Source: an uncultured delta proteobacterium (GTDB lineage: Bacteria; Desulfobacterota; Binatia; UBA9968). Taken from it: DNA of 64,000 bases. The position numbers and the translations under genes were made by a program. The stretch is taken from NCBI GenBank assembly GCA_963745035.1, contig CAVUVW010000013.1, positions 1 to 64,000 of the forward strand, in the 5' to 3' direction. Under the pieces are notes generated by a model, which was given only the letters and a program-made list of their open reading frames with translations, was not told the origin of the DNA and made no database searches. Shown piece by piece: positions 55,030 to 64,000 of this stretch (position 1 is the stretch's first letter; every line of letters begins with the position of its first letter).

Positions 55030-55440
55030 ACGCGGATTGGCGTTTTCGGCGGCGCGTAGAGTTGGAGGAGATTGCCATCGGGGTCGAAGAAATAAAAACC
55101 TCTGTCCGGTGGGGCGATCGACGGTCGGGATGTCATAGACTTTCACGCCCCAATCTTTCATCTTCTTTGCCGCGAGCTCGAAATCTTCCGGCGAGACCAT
55201 GAAAGCTTGGTGGGTCGCGCCGTCTTCTTTCACGGCGTCTTTTTCGATCGGCTTTGGCCGCTGAAAAAGCACCACCATGGAATCGCCCGAGCGAAGATCG
55301 GCGCGATTCAAGTGATCGCCCATGTCGTCGCGATTAAGCTTGGCGATCGTCATTCCCAAAATCTCGGTGTAAAATTTCACTGCGCGTTCCACGTCGTTTA
55401 CCGGAATGCCGATATGGTAAACGCCCTTCGTGGTGATCAT
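55030..55440 (-). CDS. VOC/glyoxalase family protein (frameshift near the C-terminus, end approximate)
   Basis: VYHIGIPV.D..FYTEILG, HQAF, YFFDPDGNLLQL. Confidence 0.85.
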
Positions 55441-55518
55441 AGACCCTCCTTACCTTCAACACATGCTATGCATGGTAGAGTTCAAGCCGTTCTCATGGAC
55501 CGCTTTTCTCATGTCCAT

Positions 55519-56573
55519 CTACTGAAAGGCCAACGGATACATGCGTTTTGGATTCTCGAAACAGATCTTTTGTTTGGTCTCGGCGCGGACATCCTCGCGC
55601 GCCATGAATCTCTCGATATTCTCGCGAAACTCCGAACGCGGCTCATGAGGAAAATCCGTCGCGCAAAATAGGATATCGTCGCGAAACAAATCGGCGATCT
55701 GTCGCGATGCCGCGATCTTCCAGCTCGCAGTGAATGAAGATCCGGCCGCTCTTGAGGTGTTCGGAAGGGAGTTTTTTGCATGCTGGGACCTGGGTATTGC
55801 GATGTTCGTATTCCAAATCCAGCCGCTCCATCAAATACGGCACCCAACCGCAACCCGCTTCGGCGTACGCCACGTTGAGTTTGGGAAACTTATCGTACAC
55901 TCCGTTGTAGATCATGCTGGTCATCTGAATCATTTGGCCAAAACCATGACTGAGAGCGCGAACCTCGATCAGCCGATCGAAGGAATCGACGCCGATGCCC
56001 TGTGTGGGCGCGGCATGAACGGCCAGCAGCGCGCCAAGTTCCTGCGCCGTCTCATAGACCGGAAAATATCTCTCATCGCCAAGGGGCTGGCGCAACCCGA
56101 CCGCCGGAAGAACAGCGCCCACGAATCCAAGTTCATTGACGGCGCGTTTCAATTCCTTAACCGCGTCAGGAATCGATTGAAGCGGGATCAAAGCCATCCC
56201 TTTCAGTCGTTTTTCCGGCTTGGTGAAAGTTTCGTATAAATAATTGTTATAACCGGTCGGCAACCGCGCAGGCCCAATCCTTGTCTCTGACCAGACCGAA
56301 CGTCAGTCCCGCGGTCGGATACAATACCGACCAAGCGATTTGATCTTCGTCGAGAAACTCCTGCCACTCCTTCAAGCTGCCTTTTGCGATATAGCGGCCC
56401 TTGCCGTCAGCGACTCTTCGCGCCTGGCGGTGAAAACCGTCCAGAGTTGGAAAAAACGGAAACGCCAACAGGTCTTCCCGACTTTTGAAAGGCGCCGGCA
56501 AAAATTGCAAAAGTTCCGCATCGCTCTCTACAACATGTCCATCCGCATCGATGAAGCCTTTGATCTTCGTCAT
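55519..56573 (-). CDS. Amidohydrolase_2 family protein (frameshifted)
   Basis: IDADGH, VLYPT, YNNYL, AVHA, EAGCGW, ATDFPH. Confidence 0.87.
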
Positions 56574-56787
56574 TGAAATTCTCCCTCATCGGCTATCGAT
56601 TGTCCTGGCTTTTATTCAACCATCACCTCACTGCGCCATCTATGCGCTGAGGACGTAACAGGCGCGCCGCTTAACGACCGATGAACTAGGGCTCCTCCTA
56701 ATTTTCACCGGCGTTGAACTTCTCTATTCGAATCCAAAATACCTTGTGTGTTGAAACGGGTACTCGGTTCGAAAACAGTCTTGGTCG

Positions 56788-57876
56788 CTACGCGGATCTT
56801 TTATAGTATTTCTCCATCAAGTTTTCAACGCCGGCTTTGTCACAAGCCTCCTGAAACATTTTCGGCACGATGGGATCTTCATCCTCATACTCGATCTGGT
56901 TGCCGCCTAACTTGACGTCGATATCTACTTTGCCTTTTCCTTCGCCCCACATCTCGTGGTACTTCTGGCTGCCCCAACGCAGAGCCAAATACCGAACAGG
57001 TTCTGCTCCCGCATTGAAGTGCTGGTGATACCAATTGCCTGGAGGGACTATCAGGCTTCCGGGCTTCCAGTCGTAGCGCTTGATCGGCTGGCCTTGTGGC
57101 CACATGAGAGAATATCCTTGGCCACTCAAGATAATGACGTGCGCGCCAGGTCCGTGAAAATGCGCTTTCTTGTACGAGCCCACTGCAAATTCCGAAACGT
57201 GACCACACAACGTATTCTCGGAAAGCTCGAGGCGAACCTGAGAGCCGCCGCCGCCCCTTTCCTTCCAGTCGAGCAATTTCAGATTCTTTACATCGGCAAC
57301 GAAGTTCGTCTGCCACGTTCTTCCCGCATACCAGGTGCCAGGATTGCTGAAATAGTCCGTCTGCGAGTTGAAACGATCCGTAAAAACGTAGTCGCAATTG
57401 AATATAAAATCCGTGTTGTGCAGCAGGTTCATCATGCACGGCGCGCTCGTCACGGCGAGATAGCGCGCGGGCTCGCTGCCGTTGCCGTTGAAATGCTGGT
57501 ACCAACTATTTAAAGGTGGAGAAAAAACCGAGCCTTCCTGCCATTCAAACGTGTGCTTGGACCCCGGATGGTTCCATATCGTGGTCGCGCCGCGTCCGCT
57601 CACAACATAGATCAATTCTTCGAACAGGTGTCGTTGCGGCTTGAGAGCCTGTCCCGGGGGAATTTCGCAGATGTAAGCGTCATTGGTCTCGCCGGTTCCT
57701 GTAAGACAAATCCGACAAGCTAATCCCCCGGTGCGCGCCCACGGCTCGAGTGGAGCTTTCCGAATATCTTCAAGAAAAAATCCCTCGATGAGCGGAATTT
57801 GTTCACTCGCTACCCAACTCCTGTACGTACTTTGGTTTTCAGCGATCGGTCTGGTGGAAATCTTAGGTTCTTCCAT
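56788..57876 (-). CDS. Bicupin protein (gentisate-dioxygenase-like superfamily), paralog 1
   Basis: [30 protein letters not shown] and KAHFHGPGAH..WYHQHFN. Confidence 0.85.
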   Translation of the reverse strand: MEEPKISTRPIAENQSTYRSWVASEQIPLIEGFFLEDIRKAPLEPWARTGGLACRICLTGTGETNDAYICEIPPGQALKPQRHLFEELIYVVSGRGATTIWNHPGSKHTFEWQEGSVFSPPLNSWYQHFNGNGSEPARYLAVTSAPCMMNLLHNTDFIFNCDYVFTDRFNSQTDYFSNPGTWYAGRTWQTNFVADVKNLKLLDWKERGGGGSQVRLELSENTLCGHVSEFAVGSYKKAHFHGPGAHVIILSGQGYSLMWPQGQPIKRYDWKPGSLIVPPGNWYHQHFNAGAEPVRYLALRWGSQKYHEMWGEGKGKVDIDVKLGGNQIEYEDEDPIVPKMFQEACDKAGVENLMEKYYKRSA

Positions 57877-57915
57877 TGCGCTTCTCCGAGATCAACCGAT
57901 GAATCAATGGACCGC

Positions 57916-58971
57916 TCAGATTGCTACTCTCGATTGAGTGCCTTTTCTTTTGCACTCGGCGAGAAAGGTTCGATGAACCTCGGGGTCTTGATCTTTGTAC
58001 TCGATCTGAGTTCCTCCCGACTTGATGTCTTGATCCGTCTTCGAGAGATCTTCGACTTTGTAAGTGAAACCCCACGGCTTCAAAGCGAGATAACGAACCG
58101 AGTCAGTGGAGGGATTGAAATGCTGATGAAACCAATTGGCGGGTGGCACGAAAAGACTATTTGGACGCCAATCGATCCGGATGCGAGGCCGCCCTTCCTC
58201 CCAAAGAAAGGAATATCCTTCGCCGGAAAGAATCACGATGTGCGCGCCCGGTCCATGCCGATGGCCTCTCGGGTAAGTACCGGACGGATACTGCTCGAGG
58301 TGAGCGCTCATCGTATTACAGGCCAGGTGGAGCCGGATTCCCGTGGCTCCCTGACCTCTCAAACTTCGATCCCTGAGTCCAAAGTCTCTCACGTCCGCGA
58401 TAAGATTGGACTCCCACGTCCGGTGGCTCGCGACTTCTCTTCCCTTTCCGTTGTAGTAGCCTTCTTCGCCGTTGAACCTGTCGCGAAATTCGAAGCCGTT
58501 GCCGAAAATGAAGTCGATATTGCGGAAACGGTTGATCATCTGGGGCGCGTCGGTCAGCGCGACTAAGCGAGCGGTCTCGTTTCCCTGCGCGTTGAAGTGC
58601 TGGTGCCAGGCGTTTAGGGGCGGGGAAAAAAGGCTGCCCTCTTGCCACTCGAAGGTCTGTTTTGCCCCTCCCTGATGCCAAACACTTGTGGCACCTCGAC
58701 CTTTGACGACGTAAATCAACTGCTCAAAGAGAAAGCGCTGCGGCCGGGTTTCGCTTCGGGGAGGCAGCTCAAGTACATAGGCGCCACAGGTACGCCCCGA
58801 CCCTACGAGGTTGACGAACGATCCGCTAACCCCAGTGCGCTTCCAGGGTGCCACCGGAATTGCGGTGAGATCTTCCACGCAATGACCGCGCACGATCGGA
58901 ATTTTCTCCGTCTCCTGCCACAGATCGTAAGGCGTCTCATTCGAGTAAGCTGCTGTTGCCGTCAAATCCAT
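57916..58971 (-). CDS. Bicupin protein, paralog 2
   Basis: PQRFLFEQLIYV, GHRHGPGAH, WFHQHFN. Confidence 0.85.
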   Translation of the reverse strand: MDLTATAAYSNETPYDLWQETEKIPIVRGHCVEDLTAIPVAPWKRTGVSGSFVNLVGSGRTCGAYVLELPPRSETRPQRFLFEQLIYVVKGRGATSVWHQGGAKQTFEWQEGSLFSPPLNAWHQHFNAQGNETARLVALTDAPQMINRFRNIDFIFGNGFEFRDRFNGEEGYYNGKGREVASHRTWESNLIADVRDFGLRDRSLRGQGATGIRLHLACNTMSAHLEQYPSGTYPRGHRHGPGAHIVILSGEGYSFLWEEGRPRIRIDWRPNSLFVPPANWFHQHFNPSTDSVRYLALKPWGFTYKVEDLSKTDQDIKSGGTQIEYKDQDPEVHRTFLAECKRKGTQSRVAI

Positions 58972-58984
58972 TGTTAACTTCGTC

Positions 58985-59977
58985 CTAGCGCAGTTTTTTA
59001 AAAAATCCTTCCCTTTCCAATTCGTCGATCACACGTTCATCGATAAACTGCTCCACATTGATTTCACCCTTCGCTTCACGGTCCCGGTCGCTCACCAACT
59101 CAAGCGCATTGCGGATGCCGTCGCGCTCGATCCGCGGCGGAAAAGAAAACTTCGGCGCGAAATAATCATAAGTCGCGTCGAGGACTTTCGAGTCTTGCTG
59201 CTTGAGGCGCTTCGCGTACACGGCTATCGCTTTTGCTTTGTCGGTTTTGAAATCGTAGATCGCTTCGCTGTAGGCGCGCACGAACCGCTTTACCGTTTCC
59301 CGATTTTTCTCCAGAAAGGAGCGCCGCACCGTGATCACGGTCTGAGGAAAGGCCGCCTTCAAATCGCTCAGGTGAGCGAGAATATTCATGCCCAGGCGAG
59401 ACGCGACTATGGTCTCCGGCGGCGACAGTACCGTCGCGTCGATCGCGCGCGTGGACAATGCCGCAAGCCGCTCCGGCGCGCCGCCACTGGCGAAGATCGT
59501 GACCGCTTGCCGCGGGATATTCCATTCTTTGAGAGCGAGCGTGATCGCCAGATCGGTGGAACCACCGAAGTTGAGAATGCCGATTTTCTTGCCGATCAGG
59601 TCCGAGGGCTTGCGAATTTCTTTTTGCGCCACGACGCTGAACGGAAATCTGTTGAGCGCCGCCGCGACAATGGTGATGTCGCCGCCGCGCAGACGGATGG
59701 GAATCGGCGCGCTCGCCGAGCCCTGCGCGAAATCGCTGCTTCCGGAGATCAAGGCCGCCATGCCGCGCGCGCTGCCGGCAATCAGCACCAACTCGGCTTT
59801 CAAGCCATGTTTCCTGAACAGCTCCAAATCCTTGGCGGCCCACAACGGGCCTTGAAAGCCGGCGTGGCCGTCATAACTGACCACCACGCCTTCCTGCGCG
59901 CAAATGCCGAAAGGAATTGCCAACGCAAGGACAAATGCCGCGAGGATTCTTCGCAGGAGTGCTGGACGTAGACTCAT
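58985..59977 (-). CDS. ABC substrate-binding protein, NMT1/SsuA-like
   Basis: Signal peptide, PLWAAKD..FRKHGL, DLIGKKIG, ERLAAL. ATGA overlap with the upstream gene. Confidence 0.87.
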   Translation of the reverse strand: MSLRPALLRRILAAFVLALAIPFGICAQEGVVVSYDGHAGFQGPLWAAKDLELFRKHGLKAELVLIAGSARGMAALISGSSDFAQGSASAPIPIRLRGGDITIVAAALNRFPFSVVAQKEIRKPSDLIGKKIGILNFGGSTDLAITLALKEWNIPRQAVTIFASGGAPERLAALSTRAIDATVLSPPETIVASRLGMNILAHLSDLKAAFPQTVITVRRSFLEKNRETVKRFVRAYSEAIYDFKTDKAKAIAVYAKRLKQQDSKVLDATYDYFAPKFSFPPRIERDGIRNALELVSDRDREAKGEINVEQFIDERVIDELEREGFFKKLR

Positions 59978-60721
59978 CGCTCTCCTCTGGCGGCTGCATT
60001 CATGCAGGCATCGAGAATCGCGCCATGCAAATCGATGCAGCTCAGAGCGCAATATTCGAGCGTATAGCCGGGCCTCACCTCAGCGCCGTCCTCCAAGAGA
60101 CGCCGTAACACCATTTTGCGGAAGTCTCCATGTCCCATAACGCCACCCTCATGCTCCCGCGTATCGGCTTCCTCATGAAGAGAAAAATACACCGCCTGCT
60201 CCGGGGTCAGCCCGTAGTGGGTCGTTAGAGCCGTGAACACTTCGCCCGCCCAATGACCGAACTGCTCCTCGGTCGCGCCCGCGGCATAGAACTCCGCCAC
60301 CGTGCCCTTCCCAGACCATGGCCCGGAAGTAATCGATTTTGGCGCGGAACTCGGCGAGCATCGGAGAAAGGAAAACTTCATCCTCGCTGATGCCCAGCGC
60401 TTTGGCTGTTTGTACGACCACGTGAATATGGCCCGGCGGTTTCGGATGGATTAGCTCATCGGCCAATTTTTCCGCCATGGCCGCCATCAAATCGCGGTGT
60501 TTACGAAAGAAGTGGATGTGTTTGTGATAAGACGCCGCCTCGAGGGTATTGATCTCGATCGTGTACGCCGCCCAGTTCTTGAAGAACAGACGGAAAGTGT
60601 CTTTAGAAAGTTTTCCCGCGACCAGACCTTTCATAAATTGCGAGCTGCTGACTCGTTGCCTGCCAGCGGTCGGCGACTTGCCGATAAATTCCGTCGACGT
60701 AAGCTTTGGCTTCGTCGCCAT
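59974..60721 (-). CDS. Heme-oxygenase-like diiron (CADD-like) protein, paralog 3, distinct subfamily (frameshifted)
   Basis: GKLSK, ADELIHPKPPGH, ATEEQF, YFSLHEEAD ligand pattern. Confidence 0.75.
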
Positions 60722-60771
60722 TCATTTTGACATTCATCGTTGTTTCCTCGCTCGATTGATCGTTGCGCAAC

Positions 60772-61838
60772 TCAGAATTTTAAGCCGCACCTCGACCCCT
60801 CGCTTCGCGCATTCACTAGACAAAGGTCTGATGAATCTCGGGGTCTTGATCTTTGTAATCGATCTGCGTTCCGCCCGCCGATTCGACTTCCAGGGTCTTC
60901 ACCAGATCTTCCACCTGATAAGTAAAACCCCACGGCTTCAGAGCCAGATAGCGGGCCGGTTCTTTTCCAGGATTGAAATGCTGATGAAACCATTTGGCCG
61001 GCGGCACGAAGAGCGTGCCCGGCCGCCAGTCGATGCGCGTGCGCGGCTTTCCCGGCTCCCACAATAACGAGTATCCTTCTCCCGAAAGAATCACGATGTG
61101 CGCGCCCGGCCCATGCCAATGAGCCCTCGGGTACGTTCCCACCGGATATTCTTCGATGTGAGCGCTGATGGTGTTCGCTGAGAAATGCAACAGAATGCCG
61201 CTCGCTCCCTGGCCGCGGGCGCTGTGGTCGATGAGCTTAAATCCTGGAACATCCGCGATGAAGTTTGAATCCCAGGTGCGGTGGCCTTCAACGATCTCTG
61301 CCTTTGCCGCTGAAGTATCCTTCTTCGCCGCTGAACCGATCGGAAAAAGCGAATGAGTTATTGAAAATAAAGTCCAGATTACGAAACCGATTGATCATGA
61401 CAGGCGCATCCGTCAGTGCCACGAATCTTGCCGGCTCATCACCTTGGACGTTGAAATGCTGGCGCCAGGTGTTGAGGGGCGGCGAGAACATGCTGCCCTC
61501 CTGCCATTCGAACGTGTGCTTGCGGCCCGTCTTCGTTCCAAACGCTCGTTGCGCCGCGCCCCTTCACCACGTAGATCAACTCTTCAAAAAGGTAACGTTC
61601 GGGCGTGGTTTGACCTTGGGCAGGGATCTCGCACGCGTAAGCGTCACAACTACGCCCGGCACCCGATCAAATTAATAAATGCGCCTAAAGCGCGTTTGCG
61701 TTTCCACGGTTCAACGGCAACCGTTCTCACGTCATCGATGGCAAGGCCTTTGTAAACAGGCACGCCTTCCGTTTCTTGCCACACTTCATAGGGCGTCTTA
61801 TCGATGTAGGCCGAATGTTTGGTTAGATCCAAGCTCAT
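60772..61838 (-). CDS. Bicupin protein, paralog 3 (frameshifted)
   Basis: [45 protein letters not shown]. Closest to 57916-58971. Confidence 0.85.
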
Positions 61839-61947
61839 AACTATGCCTCGCTTCGACGATTGCTCTGAACATTTGTCTCGTCCTATCTGGTCGCAGCACG
61901 CTGTATCTAGTTCGACTTAGAGCCCGACTGGTGTGAGGTTTCGCGCT

Positions 61948-62031
61948 GGTTCTTTACACCATTGGGAATTCGTGGCGGTACCGGAACAGTGTAAAGAACC
62001 GCTCTTATACGTCTCATTCACGTTAACGTGA
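61948..62031. promoter_or_regulatory. Inverted repeat plus perfect palindrome upstream of the cupin operon
   Basis: ggttctttacac (61948-61959) pairs with gtgtaaagaacc (61989-62000). Perfect 14-bp palindrome tcacgttaacgtga at 62018-62031. Confidence 0.55.
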
Positions 62032-62222
62032 TGCGTCTGTCACTTTTAAGACTTCTAATAAGACTTCTCGCCATTTTGACCTGAACGGAAGATTGCGAGA
62101 CTGCGGCAAGAGTTCGGGACTGTTCTCGATCAACGCCGAAGGTGATTTGCACGGAGATGCCGAAAACTCTGCGTCCTCCTGCAGGATCGTGCGGAAGCGG
62201 TTGCAGTATGCGATCACCCTGA

Positions 62223-63278
62223 TCAATTATCCGACGCTACGAAGAGCACGCGGTCCGCCGGCAAATCCATTGGTAGCCTCTCCCAATTGTCTCCCTGGTC
62301 TTTGCTTACCAGGATGTCCCCATGTCCTTTTTGTGTGGCGTCCGCCGAACGCCCGCGTGACACGGCGCCGAGGCCGGCATAAACAATCGAGGGATTTTCC
62401 GGATGCTGCGTCAACGCCCAGACCATCTGCTTCATTTCGTCCGGCAACCATTTTCCCGTGCCTACACGCTCCCAGCTTTCGGCGAGATCGCGGCTGCGGA
62501 AGATCGCGCCCTGGGCGCGCTCCGGACGATCCCAATAACCAGGCGACTTGTCTGCCGCCGCAACCAGCATCGTCGGAGTGGCGCCCGGCAAAAAAACAAA
62601 ATCATGAAAATAATCGCGCGTAAACCCGTTTTCTGCTCGCTGCCATCCTTGCGCCGGATCATTCGTTTTGAAGAACCCTCGAGCGCTGGCGACAAAATAC
62701 AGATCTTTGCGTCCTGGCGCGCTGCTGATGTGATGAATGTCCAAATAATCGATGCCGGCGCTGACATCCTCCCAGCTCTCGCCACGATCGAAGCTGCGAA
62801 TAATCCCGCCATGCTCCAAGCACACGTGAAGAATGTTTGGGTCATCGGGATGGACGAAAATATGGCGCACATGCTCGCGGTGCGGTGGCCGCGGATAGCT
62901 CCATTTTGCTTTCACCTGCGACGGCAAGGCCTGGACGCCAACAAGCTCCTCCCAACTTTTACCGTCATCTTCAGATCGATAGAGATGGATGGGCTCGACG
63001 CCGACATATACGACGCGCTCATCGGTAGGGTCTACCGTCACGGCGCGCACGTTGCCTTCGAATACGCGCCGCCAATTCTTGCCCGCATCATCAGTTCGAT
63101 ACAAGCCGTCCTGCGTGACACCTAGATAGACGACGTTGGGCCGGCTTCGTAACCCATCGATGGCATCGATGGTGCCGGTCTCGAAGGAAACCGCGACGTT
63201 CTCCCAGGAACCGTTCTTGGAACGCCAGACAAATAAGCCTTCTTGAGTGCCTGCATAGATTCGCACTGGACTTGTCAT
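62223..63278 (-). CDS. BNR/Asp-box beta-propeller protein (YCF48/sialidase-like fold), no signal peptide
   Basis: Repeated Asp boxes RTDDAGKNW, RSEDDGKSW, RSFDRGESW, SKDQGDNW. Confidence 0.88.
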   Translation of the reverse strand: MTSPVRIYAGTQEGLFVWRSKNGSWENVAVSFETGTIDAIDGLRSRPNVVYLGVTQDGLYRTDDAGKNWRRVFEGNVRAVTVDPTDERVVYVGVEPIHLYRSEDDGKSWEELVGVQALPSQVKAKWSYPRPPHREHVRHIFVHPDDPNILHVCLEHGGIIRSFDRGESWEDVSAGIDYLDIHHISSAPGRKDLYFVASARGFFKTNDPAQGWQRAENGFTRDYFHDFVFLPGATPTMLVAAADKSPGYWDRPERAQGAIFRSRDLAESWERVGTGKWLPDEMKQMVWALTQHPENPSIVYAGLGAVSRGRSADATQKGHGDILVSKDQGDNWERLPMDLPADRVLFVASDN

Positions 63279-63364
63279 GACAGAGCTCCTTTCAATTGGC
63301 CGTAACCGTTGACGTTACTGCGCGCCGGCAAGCCTTCGGCCTTGCCAATCTCCATCGACCAATC

Positions 63365-63827
63365 TTATTGTTGCGCCAATTCTTTCACCGCAGCTAAAAC
63401 CTCGCTGTAGGTCCCGCAGCGGCACAAGTTTCCCGACAGATAGTCACGCGTCTGTTCCTCAGTCGGATGAGGATGGTTCGCAAGCAATCCTTTCACAGCC
63501 ATGATCATACCGGGCGTGCAATAGCCGCACTGAAAAGCTTGATGCTTGAGAAATGCCTGTTGCACCGGATCGAGCTCGCCGTCGTGTGACAGACCTTCGA
63601 TGGTGATTATGTTTCTGCTCTCGGCGTTTGCGGCAAGCATGAGACAAGAGCTCACTGGCCGGCCATCGACCAAGACCGTGCAAGAACCGCAGACACCTAC
63701 GCCGCAGCCTTCGACGGAACCCTTGAGCGAAAGATCATCGCGCAAGCACTCCAACAGCGTCTGATTCGGCCTCACTGTGAACTCTTGCTCTACCCCGTTA
63801 ATCGTCGTCTGAGATCGTGATCGGCAA
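63365..63827 (-). CDS. (2Fe-2S)-binding small subunit (N-terminal frameshift)
   Basis: GCGVGVCGSC, QCGYCTPG, NLCRCGTY. Confidence 0.92.
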
Positions 63828-63828
63828 G

Positions 63829-64000
63829 TTAGCTCCCCCTTTTTTCTGCATTGAGCATAGCAACGATCTTGTCCGGCTTTATCGGCAAATCTCTTATGCG
63901 AATTCCACCGAGCGCATTGGCAATGGCATTGCCGATGGCCGGCGCCACCGGCGGCAACGCCGCTTCGCCCATACCTTTGGCGCCGAAGGGGCCGTCGGGA
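63829..64000 (-). CDS. C-terminus of a xanthine dehydrogenase family Mo subunit (truncated by the window edge)
   Basis: Manual translation PDGPFGAKGMGEAALPPVAPAIGNAIANALGGIRIRDLPIKPDKI. Confidence 0.88.
   Translation of the reverse strand, partial: PDGPFGAKGMGEAALPPVAPAIGNAIANALGGIRIRDLPIKPDKIVAMLNAEKRGS

Noticed and set aside
231-63827. Mass pseudogenisation or programmed frameshifting suggested by split ORFs
   Set aside because: Single-base indels are scattered across about half of the genes, motifs stay intact, and I saw no in-frame nonsense decay. This fits long-read error better. Polishing would settle it.

Overview
GC-rich bacterial DNA with many single-base indels (probably uncorrected long-read sequence). 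Most genes are on the minus strand. The left end carries a large serine recombinase, likely the edge of a mobile element. The remaining ~61 kb is a dense catabolic region built from expanded paralog families: an ABC importer array (4 binding proteins, 3 fused permeases, 1 ATPase), 7 more orphan binding proteins, 3 phthalate-dioxygenase/LigXa-type Rieske oxygenases, 4 4,5-dihydroxyphthalate-decarboxylase-like proteins, 2 UbiD, a LigB-type dioxygenase, an amidase with a small partner, 4 xanthine-dehydrogenase-family Mo subunits, 2 DUF3891, 3 heme-oxygenase-like diiron proteins, 3 bicupins, a NicX-like dioxygenase, a split ThDP decarboxylase, and LysR and IclR regulators. This content resembles Candidatus Binatota-type genomes (inference). 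Two things stand out. (1) Paralogs are mosaics: permease cores and Rieske [2Fe-2S] domains are nearly identical at DNA level and strongly G-skewed on the coding strand, while predicted specificity loops and binding proteins diverge. This suggests ongoing segmental gene conversion, although an assembly artefact is not excluded. (2) The 32.5-46.5 kb cluster looks like a non-canonical pyridine/N-heterocycle pathway with uncharacterised components. No rRNA, tRNA or CRISPR array was seen.
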